DNA from: a bacterium
GTDB taxonomy: Bacteria > Electryoneota > Electryoneia > Electryoneales > Electryoneaceae
Reading direction: 5' to 3'
Length of the DNA: 64,000 bases
Assembly (NCBI GenBank): GCA_963675295.2
Contig: CAXXKJ010000002.1
Location: 1,408,001-1,472,000 of the forward strand
How positions within the stretch are numbered: position 1 is the first letter of the stretch; every line of letters begins with the position of its first letter. The position numbers and the translations under genes are program-made. Below the pieces are notes generated by a model that did not search any database, was not told the DNA's origin, and saw only the letters and a list, made by a program, of their open reading frames with translations. Below are positions 1-16,643 of this stretch, piece by piece.

Positions 1-1265
1 GTAAGGTGACACCGAAGGGTGAAACCGACCTGACACCGGAAGACAAGCTGTTGAAGGCGATTTTCGGTGACAAGGCTGGCGACGTGAAGGACGCGTCGTT
101 GAAGGCTCATCCGGGTATGTACGGCATCGTGATTGACACGAAGCTGTTCAGCCGGAAGATCAAGGACACCGAGACCCGCCGGCGCGACAAGGAACGTGTC
201 GCGTTGATCGAGGAGAAGATGGAGCAGGAAATCCGCAATTTGCGGCGCGATGTCCTGCACAACCTCGAAGGGCTGCTCGTCGGCCGCACCTCGAAGGGCG
301 CGGTGAACATGGCGACGGGCGAGGAAATGGTCGAAGCTGGTCTGGTATATACCAACGAGCTGATCGAAGGCCTGGACCTCGGCTTGATCGCGGAAGAGAT
401 CGAATGGGTGGACGAGGAGGAAACGAACCTGCTCGTCAATTACGCCCTGCAGGAATACCGTACCGCGATTGACACGGTGCAGACAAAGGCGCGCAACGAC
501 ATCCACAAGGTTCAGGTGGGTGACGAGTTGCCGTCCGGCATTCTGCAGTTGGCCAAGGTGTACATCGCTCAGCGCCGCAAGCTGAGTGTTGGTGACAAGA
601 TGGCTGGCCGTCACGGGAACAAGGGTGTTGTCGGGAAGATCGTTCCGATTGAGGACATGCCGTTCCTCGCGGACGGGACTCCGGTAGACATCATCCTCAA
701 CCCGCTCGGCGTGCCGAGTCGTATGAACATCGGGCAGATCTTCGAGACGGTGCTTGGCTGGGCCGGCAAGAAGCTCGGCAAGCATTATGCGACTCCGGTG
801 TTCGACGGTGCGAAGATGGACGACGTTGTCAAGGAGCTGGAAGCAGCTGATTTGCCGGCGAACGGCCAGATTCAGTTGTTTGATGGCCGCACCGGTGAAC
901 AGTTCCATCAGAAGACGACGGTTGGCTACATCTACATGCTCAAGCTGTCTCACCTGGTGGACGACAAGATTCACGCACGTTCCATCGGGCCGTACAGCTT
1001 GATTACGCAGCAGCCGCTTGGCGGCAAGGCGCAGTTCGGTGGTCAGCGATTTGGCGAAATGGAAGTGTGGGCGCTGGAGGCGTATGGTGCCAGCTTCCTG
1101 TTGCAGGAAATGCTGACGGTGAAATCGGACGACGTCATGGGCCGCTCGAGGACGTACGAAGCGATTGTGAAGGGTGAGAACCTTCCACCTCCGGGTGTGC
1201 CGGAATCGTTCAACGTCCTTATCAACGAGCTCAAGGGCCTGGCGCTGGACGTCAAGCTCGATTAA
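1..1265 (+). CDS. rpoB: DNA-directed RNA polymerase beta subunit, C-terminal part (5' end outside window)
   Basis: [43 protein letters not shown] motifs. Confidence 0.99.
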   Translation, partial: KVTPKGETDLTPEDKLLKAIFGDKAGDVKDASLKAHPGMYGIVIDTKLFSRKIKDTETRRRDKERVALIEEKMEQEIRNLRRDVLHNLEGLLVGRTSKGAVNMATGEEMVEAGLVYTNELIEGLDLGLIAEEIEWVDEEETNLLVNYALQEYRTAIDTVQTKARNDIHKVQVGDELPSGILQLAKVYIAQRRKLSVGDKMAGRHGNKGVVGKIVPIEDMPFLADGTPVDIILNPLGVPSRMNIGQIFETVLGWAGKKLGKHYATPVFDGAKMDDVVKELEAADLPANGQIQLFDGRTGEQFHQKTTVGYIYMLKLSHLVDDKIHARSIGPYSLITQQPLGGKAQFGGQRFGEMEVWALEAYGASFLLQEMLTVKSDDVMGRSRTYEAIVKGENLPPPGVPESFNVLINELKGLALDVKLD

Positions 1266-1276
1266 GGGAACTTTGC

Positions 1277-1306
1277 TCTTACCACGGACTTAAGTCCGTG
1301 GTAAGA
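1277..1306. repeat. Perfect 30-bp palindrome (REP-like), copy 1
   Basis: tcttaccacggacttaagtccgtggtaaga is its own reverse complement; related copy at 26377-26402. Confidence 0.8.
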
Positions 1307-1392
1307 CAGCCGTTTCTGTGCATGGCAGAACGGTTGCAGGCAGCAGATAGACGGTTCCTGTCAGTACCCTCCCCTTATCCAAGGAGGCAAAG

Positions 1393-5829
<4,437 letters not shown>

Positions 5830-5841
5830 GATCTCGGGATC

Positions 5842-5870
5842 TTGACTCGAGGGGTTGATTCCTCTATACT
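5842..5870 (+). promoter_or_regulatory. sigma70-type promoter upstream of the str operon
   Basis: TTGACT-17 bp-TATACT. Confidence 0.7.
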
Positions 5871-6173
5871 CAGCGGACGTTTGCGAAATCGTTGCCAGCC
5901 ACGTTCCGGCGTGCGGAGGCGTTGGGTTGATCCCCAACCAGCGGCCTTGAGTTCACGCGAAGTCGGAGCCGGCAACAGACGATATTGGGGACACCGTAGC
6001 GGGCGGCGCTGTGGTGCGTCGCTCGCCCCTTTTTTCCTTTCGGGAAAGGGCGTAGAGCCCGTCTATACTGGAAAACTGGGGTTTTGAGCCCGACGACCTG
6101 CGCTGCGCGTCTTTTTGTTGTTTGGAATTCAGGTGGCGGATATCCGCCGGCAGGAGAAGCAACCGGAGTTGCG

Positions 6174-6545
6174 ATGCCCACGGTAAATCAATTGGTCCGC
6201 AAGGGTCGCAAGCGGATCGTGAAGAAGGGAACGGCGCCCGCGTTGAATAATTGCCCTCAACGTCGTGGCGTGTGTACGCGTGTGTACACGACGACCCCGA
6301 AGAAGCCGAACTCGGCTCTTCGTAAGGTCGCGCGTGTGCGTTTGACCAATCAGATCGAGGTTACGGCGTACATCCCGGGTGAGGGTCACAACCTGCAGGA
6401 GCACTCGATTGTGCTCGTGCGCGGCGGTCGTGTGAAGGACTTGCCGGGTGTTCGTTACCACATCATTCGTGGTACGCTTGACACGTCCGGTGTCGAGGAC
6501 CGCAACCAGGGTCGAAGCAAGTACGGTGCAAAGAAGAAGAAGTAG
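6174..6545 (+). CDS. rpsL: 30S ribosomal protein S12
   Basis: [10 protein letters not shown]...[10 protein letters not shown]...[10 protein letters not shown]. Confidence 0.99.
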   Translation: MPTVNQLVRKGRKRIVKKGTAPALNNCPQRRGVCTRVYTTTPKKPNSALRKVARVRLTNQIEVTAYIPGEGHNLQEHSIVLVRGGRVKDLPGVRYHIIRGTLDTSGVEDRNQGRSKYGAKKKK

Positions 6546-6598
6546 CCGTCTGGTCGTCCCGGGGTTTCGGGGCGCGCGGCATTACCAGGGAATGGCGT

Positions 6599-7069
6599 AT
6601 GGCCAGGCGTAGACGCGCTGAACGACGTGAGATTCTTCCGGATCCGAAGTTCCAGTCGCTGAAGGTTGCGAAGTTCATCAACAACCTGATGGCTCGCGGC
6701 AAGAAGTCGACGGCGGAAGGCATTTTCTACGACGCGATTGACATCATTGACCAGCGCACGAAGGGTCGTGGGTTGGAGATCTTCGAGAAGGCGGTTCGCA
6801 ATGTGCAGCCGATGCTCGAGGTGAAGAGTCGTCGTGTTGGTGGTAGTACGTATCAGGTGCCGGTTGAGGTTCGTCAGGACCGTGGCCAGGCACTTGCAAC
6901 CCGCTGGATCATTTCGTATGCCAAGGCCCGTGCGGGCAAGAACATGGCAGACAAGCTGGCCGGTGAATTCATGGCGGCGGCGAACGGCGAAGGATCGTCG
7001 ATCAAGAAGCGGGAAGACACACACAAGATGGCGGAAGCGAACAAGGCGTTCGCACACTTCCGCTGGTAG
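6599..7069 (+). CDS. rpsG: 30S ribosomal protein S7
   Basis: [30 protein letters not shown]. Confidence 0.99.
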   Translation: MARRRRAERREILPDPKFQSLKVAKFINNLMARGKKSTAEGIFYDAIDIIDQRTKGRGLEIFEKAVRNVQPMLEVKSRRVGGSTYQVPVEVRQDRGQALATRWIISYAKARAGKNMADKLAGEFMAAANGEGSSIKKREDTHKMAEANKAFAHFRW

Positions 7070-7181
7070 TCCGGTAGCCTTCAGGGGCATGCCGGCAAAG
7101 GGTTTCACGCCGGTATGTTCCGATTTGATTTGGCTTTGATGAGCTGGTCATGGGGAATGTCCGGCTCACACGAGAGAAGTA

Positions 7182-9305
7182 ATGGCGAATCAGAAGAAAA
7201 AAGGGAATGGCGAGGCTCGTCGCTGGCCGCTTGGCAAGGTGCGCAACTTTGGCATCATGGCGCACATTGACGCTGGCAAGACCACGACGACGGAACGCAT
7301 CCTCTACTACACCGGCCGTACGCATCGTATGGGCGAGGTGCATGAGGGCGCCGCGGTAACCGACTGGATGGAACAGGAACGGGAACGCGGCATCACCATC
7401 ACTTCGGCGTCGATCACGACCGAGTGGAAGGAGCATCGCCTGAGCCTCATCGACACTCCGGGACACGTCGACTTCACGGCTGAAGTCGAACGTGCGCTGC
7501 GTGTGCTCGATGGAGCGGTCGCCCTCTTCTGTGCCGTCGGTGGCGTTGAGCCGCAATCAGAAACGGTTTGGCGTCAGGCCGACAAGTACAAAGTTCCCCG
7601 ACTCTGCTATATCAACAAGATGGACCGGACGGGCGCGGATTTCTTCCGCACCTATGAGATGATTCAGGATCGTTTCGGCCATCATCCGATTCCCGTGCAG
7701 ATTCCCATGGGTGCCGGTGAGATGTTTAACGGTCTCATCGACCTGATCAAGATGAAGGCTGTCTGGTACATTGAGGAAACGCAGGGGCTGAAGTTCGAGG
7801 AAGGCGACATCCCCGCTGACTTGCTTGAAGAAGCGAAGAAGTGGCGTGAGAAGATGCTCGAGTCCATCAGTGATTATGATGATGAGCTGATGGAGATGTT
7901 CCTCGAGGACCAGGAGATTCCGGAAGAGCGGATCAAGTCGGCGTTGCGCAAGGCGACGATCGACCTGAGCGTAACTCCGGTTCTTTGTGGTTCGAGCTAC
8001 AAGAACAAGGGCGTGCAGCGTCTGCTCGACTCGATCGTCGACTACCTTCCGAGCCCGGAAGATCGCGCAATAGTGATGGGCATGCATCCGCACACCGAGA
8101 AGCCGATCGAACGGAAGCAGATTGATGACGAACAGTTCAGCGGCCTCGCGTTCAAGATCATGACCGACCCGTTCGTCGGGCGGTTGACCTATGTCCGTGT
8201 GTATTCGGGCACGATGGATTCCGGCCAGACCGTGTTTAATCCGCGCACCGGCAAGAAGGAGCGCATCGGCCGAATCCTTGAGATGTTTGCGAACAAGCGC
8301 GAAGAGCGCAAGTCGGTTCACGCCGGCGGCATTGTCGCGCTGGTTGGGATGAAGGATGTGCGTACTGGCGACACCCTTTGCGATCCCAGTCATCCGATTC
8401 TGCTGGAATCGTTGTCCTTCCCGACCCCGGTGATCACCCGGGCGATTGAACCCAAGACCAAGGCGGACCAGGATCATCTGCTCGACAGCTTGTTGAAGCT
8501 GGCGGAAGAGGATCCGACGTTCATCGTCAAGTATGACGAGGATTCCGGCCAGACGCATATCAGCGGCATGGGCGAGCTTCACCTCGACATCCTGATTGAT
8601 CGTCTGCTTCGTGAGTTCCAGGTTCAGGCGAATGTTGGTAACCCGCAGGTTGCCTACAAGGAAGGCGTTTCCGAGACCGCGCAGGCGGAAGGCCGTTTTG
8701 TCCGTCAGTCCGGTGGCCGTGGCCAGTTTGGCCATGCGGTGATCGAGCTGTCGCCGCTGGAAGATGGCGAGCAGGCGGAGAACGGGTTGATCTTCGAGGA
8801 CGGGATTGTTGGCGGTGTGATTCCGCGTGAATACATCCCGGCTGTGAAGAAAGGTGTTGAGCAGGCCATGGGGAACGGTGTACTCGCCGGCTATCCCCTT
8901 GACAAGATCAAGGTTCGGTTGTTTGACGGTTCTTTCCACTCGGTCGACTCCAACGAAATGGCGTTCCAGATTGCCGGTTCGATGGCGTTGAAAGAAGCTG
9001 TGAAGAAGGCGAAACCGTTCCTGGCAGAGCCGATTATGAAGTTGGAAGTTGTGACGCCGGAAGAGTATGTCGGCGATGTGATGGGCGATCTGAACGGCCG
9101 TCGTGCCCGGGTTACCGGGATCAACCCGCGCTCGGATGCGCAGGTGGTTGATGCTGAAGTGCCGCTGGCGAACATGTTCGGATACGCTACCAGCCTGCGT
9201 TCAATGACGCAGGGCCGTGCGCTGTTCACGATGGAATTTGATCACTACCAGCGCGCGCCGAAGGAAGTTGAAGAGGAAGTCATTAAGAAGGTTCGTGGCT
9301 ACTAG
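7182..9305 (+). CDS. fusA: Elongation factor G
   Basis: [27 protein letters not shown]. Confidence 0.99.
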   Translation: MANQKKKGNGEARRWPLGKVRNFGIMAHIDAGKTTTTERILYYTGRTHRMGEVHEGAAVTDWMEQERERGITITSASITTEWKEHRLSLIDTPGHVDFTAEVERALRVLDGAVALFCAVGGVEPQSETVWRQADKYKVPRLCYINKMDRTGADFFRTYEMIQDRFGHHPIPVQIPMGAGEMFNGLIDLIKMKAVWYIEETQGLKFEEGDIPADLLEEAKKWREKMLESISDYDDELMEMFLEDQEIPEERIKSALRKATIDLSVTPVLCGSSYKNKGVQRLLDSIVDYLPSPEDRAIVMGMHPHTEKPIERKQIDDEQFSGLAFKIMTDPFVGRLTYVRVYSGTMDSGQTVFNPRTGKKERIGRILEMFANKREERKSVHAGGIVALVGMKDVRTGDTLCDPSHPILLESLSFPTPVITRAIEPKTKADQDHLLDSLLKLAEEDPTFIVKYDEDSGQTHISGMGELHLDILIDRLLREFQVQANVGNPQVAYKEGVSETAQAEGRFVRQSGGRGQFGHAVIELSPLEDGEQAENGLIFEDGIVGGVIPREYIPAVKKGVEQAMGNGVLAGYPLDKIKVRLFDGSFHSVDSNEMAFQIAGSMALKEAVKKAKPFLAEPIMKLEVVTPEEYVGDVMGDLNGRRARVTGINPRSDAQVVDAEVPLANMFGYATSLRSMTQGRALFTMEFDHYQRAPKEVEEEVIKKVRGY

Positions 9306-9335
9306 TCCACCAACGCAACCTCTGGAGACAGATCG

Positions 9336-10526
9336 ATGGCGAAGGAAGTATTTGAGCGGACGAAGCCCCACGTAAACGTGGGAACGATTGGTCACGTGGA
9401 CCATGGCAAGACGACGTTGACGGCCGCGATGACGTTGGTGTTGTCGAAGGCGGGCGGTGCGGAATTCCGTTCGTTCGATTCGATTGACAACGCTCCTGAA
9501 GAGCGTGAGCGTGGTATCACGATTGCGACGGCTCACGTCGAATATGAGTCGGAGAACCGTCACTACGCGCACGTAGACTGTCCGGGTCACGCGGACTACG
9601 TGAAGAACATGATCACGGGTGCTGCGCAGATGGACGGTGCGATTGTGGTTGTGAGTGCAGCGGACGGTCCGATGCCGCAGACTCGTGAGCACATTCTGTT
9701 GGCCCGTCAGGTGAACGTGCCGGCGTTGGTGGTTTACATGAACAAGGTCGACCTGGTTGACGACGAAGAGTTGTTGGACCTGGTCGAGCTTGAGATGCGT
9801 GAACTGCTTTCCGAGTACGAATTCCCGGGCGACGACATTCCGATCATCCGTGGCAGTGCATTGGAAGCGTTGAACAATCCTGATGACGAGAAGGCGACGA
9901 CGTCGATCTTCGAGTTGATCAAGGCGATTGACGAGTACATCCCGGAGCCGGAGCGTGCGACGGATCAGCCGTTCCTGATGCCGGTTGAGGACGTGTTCTC
10001 GATTACGGGTCGTGGTACGGTAGCGACGGGCCGTATTGAGCGTGGCATTGTGAAGACCGGTGAAGAGGTTGAGTTGGTCGGTCTTGGTGCGGCTCGGAAG
10101 ACGGTCGTGACGGGTGTTGAGATGTTCCGCAAGATCCTGAACGAGGGTCAGGCGGGTGACAACGCGGGTCTGTTGCTTCGTGGTGTTGACAAGGATGAGA
10201 TCGAGCGCGGTATGGTGTTGGCGAAGCCGGGTTCGATTACTCCGCACACGAAGTTCGAGGCTGAGGTTTACATCCTGAGCAAGAACGAAGGTGGTCGTCA
10301 CACGCCGTTCTTCGATGGGTATCGTCCTCAGTTCTACTTCCGTACGACGGACGTGACTGGCGCGATCAAGTTGCCTGACGGTGTCGAGATGGTGATGCCT
10401 GGTGACAACATCAAGATGGTTGTCGAGCTGATCGCCCCGATCGCGATGGAAGAGACGCTTCGTTTCGCGATCCGTGAGGGTGGCCGTACCGTCGGCGCCG
10501 GTGTTGTCGCGAAGATTATCGAGTAG
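9336..10526 (+). CDS. tuf: Elongation factor Tu
   Basis: [26 protein letters not shown]. Confidence 0.99.
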   Translation: MAKEVFERTKPHVNVGTIGHVDHGKTTLTAAMTLVLSKAGGAEFRSFDSIDNAPEERERGITIATAHVEYESENRHYAHVDCPGHADYVKNMITGAAQMDGAIVVVSAADGPMPQTREHILLARQVNVPALVVYMNKVDLVDDEELLDLVELEMRELLSEYEFPGDDIPIIRGSALEALNNPDDEKATTSIFELIKAIDEYIPEPERATDQPFLMPVEDVFSITGRGTVATGRIERGIVKTGEEVELVGLGAARKTVVTGVEMFRKILNEGQAGDNAGLLLRGVDKDEIERGMVLAKPGSITPHTKFEAEVYILSKNEGGRHTPFFDGYRPQFYFRTTDVTGAIKLPDGVEMVMPGDNIKMVVELIAPIAMEETLRFAIREGGRTVGAGVVAKIIE

Positions 10527-10615
10527 TGACGCATCCCGGTAAGGTTGCAGGCCGGGTGGATGGATAGAACTGCAGTTAGTGGGATATCGGTTTTCCCATG
10601 TGAGTGGAGGCCAGC

Positions 10616-10924
10616 GTGGCCGGACAGAATATCCGGATTCGCCTGAAGGCGTACGATCACATCCTCTTGGACAAGTCGGCGCAGAAGATCATCCAGACGG
10701 TCCGTTCTACGGGAGCGGCGATATCTGGTCCGATTCCTCTGCCGACGAAGCGTTCGTTGTACACGGTGCTTCGTGGTCCGCACGTGGACAAGAAGTCGCG
10801 CGAGCAGTTTGAGACGCGTGTGCACAAGCGGTTGATTGACATTCTCAATTCGACGTCGAAGACGATTGATGCGTTGATGAAGCTTGAGCTTCCGGCGGGC
10901 GTCGACATTGAGATCAAGACCTGA
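10616..10924 (+). CDS. rpsJ: 30S ribosomal protein S10
   Basis: [10 protein letters not shown]...GPIPLPT...KKSREQFE; GTG start after GGAGG. Confidence 0.98.
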   Translation: MAGQNIRIRLKAYDHILLDKSAQKIIQTVRSTGAAISGPIPLPTKRSLYTVLRGPHVDKKSREQFETRVHKRLIDILNSTSKTIDALMKLELPAGVDIEIKT

Positions 10925-10937
10925 GGAGGGCGTGACG

Positions 10938-11561
10938 ATGCCAAAAGGAATGCTGGGCCGGAAGATCGGCATGACCAGCGTATACCGTCAAGGTATCCAG
11001 ATTCCCGTCACCGCCGTGGAAGTGCTGCCGAACCCGGTAGTTCAGGCGAAGACGGCAGACGGACCTGACGGGTACAATGCGCTGCAGCTCGGGTACGGCA
11101 AGAAGAGCGTGCGCCGGGTGAATCAGCCGATGCAGGGCCATTACAAGCGTGCCGGTGTGGATCCGAAGCGTGTGTTGCGTGAATTTCGCGATATGACTGG
11201 TTACGAAGCTGGTCAGGAAGTGAAGGCGGAAGACGTGTTTGAGCAGGGTGATTTCGTGATGGTTCGTGGCAAGAGCCGCGGCCGTGGGTTCGCAGGCGTG
11301 ATTAAGCGTCACGGATTCGGCGGTCACAAGGCGAGTCACGGTACGCACGAGAGTTTCCGCGGCCCCGGTTCCATCGGTTCGTCGGCCACCCCGTCCCGCG
11401 TGTTCAAAGGGATGAAGATGGCTGGTCAGATGGGAAACAAGACGGTTGCCGTGAAGAACCTTGAAGTGATTGAGTTGATCGGCGATAAGCATGTGATGCT
11501 GATTTCGGGTGCAGTGCCCGGAAGCGCAAACAGCATCGTCGAAATTCTGAAAGCCGAGTGA
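10938..11561 (+). CDS. rplC: 50S ribosomal protein L3
   Basis: [28 protein letters not shown]. Confidence 0.98.
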   Translation: MPKGMLGRKIGMTSVYRQGIQIPVTAVEVLPNPVVQAKTADGPDGYNALQLGYGKKSVRRVNQPMQGHYKRAGVDPKRVLREFRDMTGYEAGQEVKAEDVFEQGDFVMVRGKSRGRGFAGVIKRHGFGGHKASHGTHESFRGPGSIGSSATPSRVFKGMKMAGQMGNKTVAVKNLEVIELIGDKHVMLISGAVPGSANSIVEILKAE

Positions 11562-11565
11562 TGCC

Positions 11566-12222
11566 ATGAAGTTGCCGGTATACAGCCGAGACGGGCAGTC
11601 GACGGGCAAGGAAGTTGAGCTTGACCCGACGGTGTTCGAGATCGAACCGAATGAGCATGCGATGTACCTGGCGGTGAAGGTGCAGCGTGCCCGGATGCGT
11701 CAGGGGACGCATGGGTCGAAGAACCGCTCGATGGTGAGTGGTGGCGGCCGCAAGCCCTGGCGTCAGAAGGGTCGTGGTGTTGCCCGCGCCGGTACGACGC
11801 GCAGTCCGCTGTGGCGTCATGGTGGGACCATTTTCGGGCCTCATCCGCATCCATACCGGATGGATATCCCGAAGAAGGTGAACCGCCTCGCCCGCCGCAG
11901 TGCACTTGCGGATCGTGCTCAGAGCGATGCGATTGTGTTGGTTGAAGATTTCAGCTTTGATGCTCCGCGGACGAAGGACCTCGCGACCATCATCAGTGCG
12001 TTGAACCTGCAGGATGAGAAGGTTCTGCTGCTGACGAAGGGGTACGAAGGCGATTTGGCCCGTAGTGCTCGCAACATGGAAAATGTGGCGGTGCGTGTGG
12101 GGATCGAAGCCTCGACGTATGACCTGTTAAACTACCGGACGCTCCTGATACAGGTGGGAGCGCTGGATTCCATCTCTGAGGTGTTGGGTGGACGAGAGCG
12201 CACGACTGAGAAAGCTGCTTAA
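11566..12222 (+). CDS. rplD: 50S ribosomal protein L4
   Basis: GGGRKPWRQKGRGVARAG. Confidence 0.98.
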   Translation: MKLPVYSRDGQSTGKEVELDPTVFEIEPNEHAMYLAVKVQRARMRQGTHGSKNRSMVSGGGRKPWRQKGRGVARAGTTRSPLWRHGGTIFGPHPHPYRMDIPKKVNRLARRSALADRAQSDAIVLVEDFSFDAPRTKDLATIISALNLQDEKVLLLTKGYEGDLARSARNMENVAVRVGIEASTYDLLNYRTLLIQVGALDSISEVLGGRERTTEKAA

Positions 12223-12487
12223 GCGGCCACTACAGACAGAGAAGGCTGTGTTGATGACGGAAGTCGGCAACACGTATGTCTTCGAAGTCCCGAAGGATGC
12301 GAACAAGATTGAGATTCGCCGTGCGATCGAACAATTGTTCGATGTCACGGTGAAGGAAGTTCGCACGGTCCGGCTTCCGGGCAAGAAGAAACGCCTGGGC
12401 CGATACGAGGGCTATCGCCCCGGACTGAAGAAGGCCTATGTGACCCTTGCTGAGGGTCAGAGCCTCGAGCTGTTTGAGAACGTGTAA
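12188..12487 (+). CDS. rplW: 50S ribosomal protein L23
   Basis: RPLQTEKA, ANKIEIRRAIEQLF, KKAYVTL; overlaps rplD by 35 nt. Confidence 0.96.
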   Translation: MDESARLRKLLKRPLQTEKAVLMTEVGNTYVFEVPKDANKIEIRRAIEQLFDVTVKEVRTVRLPGKKKRLGRYEGYRPGLKKAYVTLAEGQSLELFENV

Positions 12488-12557
12488 CCGCCGCAGCGGT
12501 CGTCTTCCAAGTGAATGACGGTTGGCGATGGCCTTTGGACACCGCCGTGAGGGAACG

Positions 12558-13388
12558 ATGCTGAAGAAGTACAACCCGACAACACCCGGCACGCGATTTC
12601 GCGTGAATCTCGACTACCAGGAACTGTCCAAGGTCGAGCCGGAAAAGAGTCTGCTTGAAGCGCTGCCGAAAAAGGGCGGTCGCAACAACAATGGACGTAT
12701 TACCGCGTGGCAGCGAGGTGGCGGCCACAAGCGCAAGTACCGTCGCATTGATTTCAAGCGGGACAAGTTCAACATCCCCGGCAAGGTGGCGACGATCGAG
12801 TACGATCCGAACCGTAACGCCTTTATCGCGCTGGTCGTGTATGCGGACGGCGAAAAGCGTTACATCCTCGCCCCGAAGGGTTTGACCATTGGAGACATGG
12901 TCAAGTCCGGCCGAGAGGACGTGGAGATTCGCACCGGCAACACGATGCCGTTGTCGATGATCCCGATGGGCACGGAAGTGCACAATGTCGAGATGACCCC
13001 TGGCCGTGGTGGTCAGATGGCGCGCGCCGCTGGCGCTAGTGTCCGTCTGATGGCGCGTGACTCGGGCATGGCGGCGTTGAAGCTGCCGTCCGGCGAGATG
13101 CGCCAGGTTCCGGAGACCTGCCTTGCGACCATTGGTGTGGTTGGCAACGAGCAGCACGAGAACCAGCAGTACGGGAAGGCTGGCAAGACCCGTTGGCTGG
13201 GTCGCCGTCCGAACGTGCGTGGCGTGGTCATGAACCCGGTCGACCACCCGATGGGTGGTGGTGAAGGCCGTAGTTCCGGTGGACGTCACCCGTGTACGCC
13301 TTGGGGCAAGCCGACGAAGGGCTACAAGACTCGTAAGCCGAACAAGCAGTCGGACAAGTACATCATCAAATCGCGCAAGAAGAAGTAA
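12558..13388 (+). CDS. rplB: 50S ribosomal protein L2
   Basis: [24 protein letters not shown]. Confidence 0.99.
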   Translation: MLKKYNPTTPGTRFRVNLDYQELSKVEPEKSLLEALPKKGGRNNNGRITAWQRGGGHKRKYRRIDFKRDKFNIPGKVATIEYDPNRNAFIALVVYADGEKRYILAPKGLTIGDMVKSGREDVEIRTGNTMPLSMIPMGTEVHNVEMTPGRGGQMARAAGASVRLMARDSGMAALKLPSGEMRQVPETCLATIGVVGNEQHENQQYGKAGKTRWLGRRPNVRGVVMNPVDHPMGGGEGRSSGGRHPCTPWGKPTKGYKTRKPNKQSDKYIIKSRKKK

Positions 13389-13409
13389 GCGATACGGAGT
13401 GGAGAGCAG

Positions 13410-13697
13410 ATGGCCCGCTCGATCAAAAAAGGTCCGTTCATTGACGATCACCTTCAGAAGAAGGTTGACGTGGCGCGCGGATCGAGCAGCAAGAAGGTGA
13501 TCAAGACCTGGTCCCGTCGCAGTACGATCAGCCCGGACTTCGTCGGAATGACGATTGCCGTGCACAATGGCAAGAAGCATGTGCCGGTATTTGTGACGGA
13601 GAACATGGTTGGCCACAAGCTCGGCGAATTTGCGCCGACGCGGACGTTCCGCGGCCACATCAAGGGCAAGTCGGAGAAGGCGGGCAAGGTCAAGTAA
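13410..13697 (+). CDS. rpsS: 30S ribosomal protein S19
   Basis: [22 protein letters not shown]. Confidence 0.99.
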   Translation: MARSIKKGPFIDDHLQKKVDVARGSSSKKVIKTWSRRSTISPDFVGMTIAVHNGKKHVPVFVTENMVGHKLGEFAPTRTFRGHIKGKSEKAGKVK

Positions 13698-13732
13698 GAA
13701 CTTGACTTCACCCTGCACGAGAAGGTGGACGA

Positions 13733-14077
13733 ATGAAGGCAACGGCAACGTCGCGGTTTGTTCGCATAGCACCGCGGAAAGCTCGCCTGGTGGCGGACAT
13801 GATTCGCGGCCAGAAGGCGGGCGTCGCCCAGGGCATGTTGACCCTCAGCCCGCGCAAGGCGGCTGCTGAGGTTGAGAAGCTGATGCGTTCAGCGCTTTCG
13901 AACCTGATGACGAAGGATGAGTCTGGTTCGCTCGACATCAACGAAGCTCGCGTGGTGGAAATTCGTGTCGATGAGGGTCCGACGCTGAAGCGTTGGCGTC
14001 CCCGTGCCCAGGGCCGGGCGACCCGCATCAACAAGCGCACGAGTCACATGACCATTACGGTGGAAGCGGCCGAATAG
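13733..14077 (+). CDS. rplV: 50S ribosomal protein L22
   Basis: PRKARLVADMIRG, RPRAQGRA. Confidence 0.98.
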   Translation: MKATATSRFVRIAPRKARLVADMIRGQKAGVAQGMLTLSPRKAAAEVEKLMRSALSNLMTKDESGSLDINEARVVEIRVDEGPTLKRWRPRAQGRATRINKRTSHMTITVEAAE

Positions 14078-14101
14078 GGCTGCCGCACGACGAGGTACAG
14101 G

Positions 14102-14770
14102 ATGGGTCAGAAGGTACATCCGATCGGGTTTCGCCTGAAGGTGAACAAGGGCTGGAGCTCGAACTGGTTCGATGAGAAGAACTTCGCGAATACGCTGAAG
14201 CAGGACTTGGACCTGCGGGCGTATCTCGACAAGCGTCTGCAGAACGCCGGCGTGACCCGTGTCGAGATCGAGCGTACGCCGAAGCTGATCACAATTTCGA
14301 TTCACACTGCGCGTCCGGGCATTGTCATCGGCCGCAAGGGATCGGAAGTTGACAAGCTGAAGGCTGAGTTGGCGCTGTATACGGGCAAGGACGTGCAGCT
14401 GAACATCTTCGAGGTGAAGCGTCCGGAAACCGAAGCGGCGTTGGTCGCGGAGTCGATCGCTCACCAGTTGCGCGGACGTGTCAGTTTCCGCCGTGCGATG
14501 AAGAAGTCGATTCAGTCGGCGATGCGTATGGGCGCCGAGGGGATCAAGGTGATGTGCAGTGGCCGGTTGGGCGGTGCGGAGATGAGCCGTACCGAGATGT
14601 ACAAGGAAGGCCGGATTCCGTTGCACACGCTGCGTGCGGACATCGACTATTCGCAGCAGACCGCGTTCACGACGTACGGCACGATCGGCGTCAAGGTGTG
14701 GATCTGCAAGGGCGAAGTATTTGGCCGCGGTGGTACTGGTAACAACCAGCAGCAGCGCCAGGGCAAGTAA
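14102..14770 (+). CDS. rpsC: 30S ribosomal protein S3
   Basis: [26 protein letters not shown]. Confidence 0.99.
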   Translation: MGQKVHPIGFRLKVNKGWSSNWFDEKNFANTLKQDLDLRAYLDKRLQNAGVTRVEIERTPKLITISIHTARPGIVIGRKGSEVDKLKAELALYTGKDVQLNIFEVKRPETEAALVAESIAHQLRGRVSFRRAMKKSIQSAMRMGAEGIKVMCSGRLGGAEMSRTEMYKEGRIPLHTLRADIDYSQQTAFTTYGTIGVKVWICKGEVFGRGGTGNNQQQRQGK

Positions 14771-14844
14771 ATGAGTGGGGCCGTTTCGGCGGCCTGTGTG
14801 GATAGAGTTCCGGGGAGGATCCCCGGTGACCGAGGAATGCAGTC

Positions 14845-15258
14845 ATGCTTTCTCCCAAGAGAGTAAAACACCGCAAGACCCACCGCGGCCGGATGCGTGG
14901 TCTGGCGCAGCGCGGGAACAAGGTCAGCTTCGGCGACTTTGGCATCATGACGCTGGATCCGGGTTGGATCACGTCGCGTCAGATTGAGGCTGCCCGTGTC
15001 GCGATGACACGTCACGTGAAGCGCGGCGGCAAGGTGTGGATCCGCATCTTCCCGGACAAGCCGGTAACGAAGAAGCCGGCCGAGGTTCGCATGGGTAAGG
15101 GTAAGGGTTCGCCGGAATTGTGGGTGGCGGTTGTGCGCCCGGGCCGTATCATGTTCGAGCTCGGTGGTGTTGAAGAGGGTCTGGCACGAGAAGCGTTGAC
15201 CCGTGCGATGCACAAGCTTCCGGTACGGACGAAGATCGTATCGCGGTTGGAGGTATAA
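14845..15258 (+). CDS. rplP: 50S ribosomal protein L16
   Basis: [18 protein letters not shown]. Confidence 0.99.
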   Translation: MLSPKRVKHRKTHRGRMRGLAQRGNKVSFGDFGIMTLDPGWITSRQIEAARVAMTRHVKRGGKVWIRIFPDKPVTKKPAEVRMGKGKGSPELWVAVVRPGRIMFELGGVEEGLAREALTRAMHKLPVRTKIVSRLEV

Positions 15259-15261
15259 GGC

Positions 15262-15489
15262 ATGCCGAGTCGGAAGATGGAAGACCTGCACGCCATGGAG
15301 CTGGAAGAGCTTCGCGCCCGGTTGAACGACGCGGAGGAAGAGCTTGCGAACCAGCGGTTCCAGCTCGGCTCCGGGCAGCTTGAGAACACGGCGTCCGTGA
15401 AGGAAGGCCGGAAGAATGTGGCGCGGATCAAGACCTTGATTCGTGACCGGGAATTGAAAGCAGACGCCGTCGCAGGCGGTGAGGCGTAA
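15262..15489 (+). CDS. rpmC: 50S ribosomal protein L29
   Basis: [11 protein letters not shown]...RKNVARIKT; operon position. Confidence 0.95.
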   Translation: MPSRKMEDLHAMELEELRARLNDAEEELANQRFQLGSGQLENTASVKEGRKNVARIKTLIRDRELKADAVAGGEA

Positions 15490-15547
15490 GACAGAGGCAG
15501 CTGCCGGGTGAGCATGACTTCACCGGGCGGATACCCAGGAGCAGGCT

Positions 15548-15841
15548 GTGGCAGACGAGAAAACCCAGGCGATGGATGCGGGTGAGGTGGTGACTGGTCA
15601 CCGCCGCACGTTGACCGGAACGGTAGTTTCGGACAAGAACGACAAGACGGTGACCGTTCAGGTCATCCGTCAGCTGCAGCATCCGCGCTACAAGAAGTTC
15701 ATCAAGAAGTCGAAGAAATACCATGCGCATGACGAGTTGAACGACGCTCATGAGGGCGATGTCGTGAAGATCGTCGAGTCGCGTCCGATGTCGCGTCTCA
15801 AGCGCTGGCGTGTGGTTGAAGTGTTGAAGCGGGCGGTGTAA
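15548..15841 (+). CDS. rpsQ: 30S ribosomal protein S17
   Basis: [28 protein letters not shown]. Confidence 0.97.
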   Translation: MADEKTQAMDAGEVVTGHRRTLTGTVVSDKNDKTVTVQVIRQLQHPRYKKFIKKSKKYHAHDELNDAHEGDVVKIVESRPMSRLKRWRVVEVLKRAV

Positions 15842-15896
15842 GTACGTCTCGCGTGTCAGGTTTCACTCGCCCTGCGAAGGGCAAGAGGACTGAAAA

Positions 15897-16265
15897 ATGA
15901 TTCAGGAAGAAACTGTGCTCAGCGTCGCGGACAACACGGGTGCCCGAAAGGTCAAGTGTTTCCGTGTTCTTGGCGGCACCAAGCGCCGTTACGCATCGAT
16001 TGGCGACATCATAATTGTTTCGGTACGCCAGGCGATTCCGAATTCCCCGATCAAGAAGGGTTCGGTTCAGAAGGCGGTAATCGTGCGGACGAAGAAGCCG
16101 GTGCGACGCATGGATGGCACGTACATCCGATTTGACGACAACGCGGCCGTCATTCTCGACGAGCGTTACGAGCCGAAGGGTACTCGTATTTTCGGCCCGG
16201 TGGCGCGCGAGCTGCGTGAAGAAGGATACATGAAGATTGTCAGCCTTGCGCCGGAGGTTCTCTGA
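15897..16265 (+). CDS. rplN: 50S ribosomal protein L14
   Basis: [26 protein letters not shown]. Confidence 0.99.
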   Translation: MIQEETVLSVADNTGARKVKCFRVLGGTKRRYASIGDIIIVSVRQAIPNSPIKKGSVQKAVIVRTKKPVRRMDGTYIRFDDNAAVILDERYEPKGTRIFGPVARELREEGYMKIVSLAPEVL

Positions 16266-16633
16266 TGTACGGTAGCAGGAAGCAGACGAAGAAGGTCCGC
16301 CGTCACACGTTGAAGGTTCGCAAGGGCGATGAAGTTCTCGTCATGGCGGGCAATGACCGTGGCAAGCGGGGCAAAGTGTTGAAGGTTTTCCCGAGTGAAG
16401 ATCGTGTGATCGTTGAGGGCGTGCGTTTTGTGAAGCGTCATCAGCGTCCGAACCAGAAGATGCCGCAGGGCGGTATCCTGGAGCGCGAGGGGAAAATTCA
16501 CGTTTCCAATGTGAAGGTGATCGACCCGAAGTCGGGTAAGCCGACACGGATCGGCCACAAGGTGGTCGAGGCGCAGGACGGCAAGACGCGTCGTGTGCGT
16601 GTGGCGAAGGTTTCGGGCGAAACGCTTGGTTAA
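16265..16633 (+). CDS. rplX: 50S ribosomal protein L24
   Basis: KOW motif KGDEVLVMAGNDRGKRGKV. Confidence 0.97.
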   Translation: MYGSRKQTKKVRRHTLKVRKGDEVLVMAGNDRGKRGKVLKVFPSEDRVIVEGVRFVKRHQRPNQKMPQGGILEREGKIHVSNVKVIDPKSGKPTRIGHKVVEAQDGKTRRVRVAKVSGETLG

Positions 16634-16643
16634 GAGGTAGATC

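Noticed and set aside
12188-12222. 35-nt rplD/rplW overlap as programmed recoding
   Set aside because: Both ORFs are complete; it is explained by a short L4 C-terminal extension.
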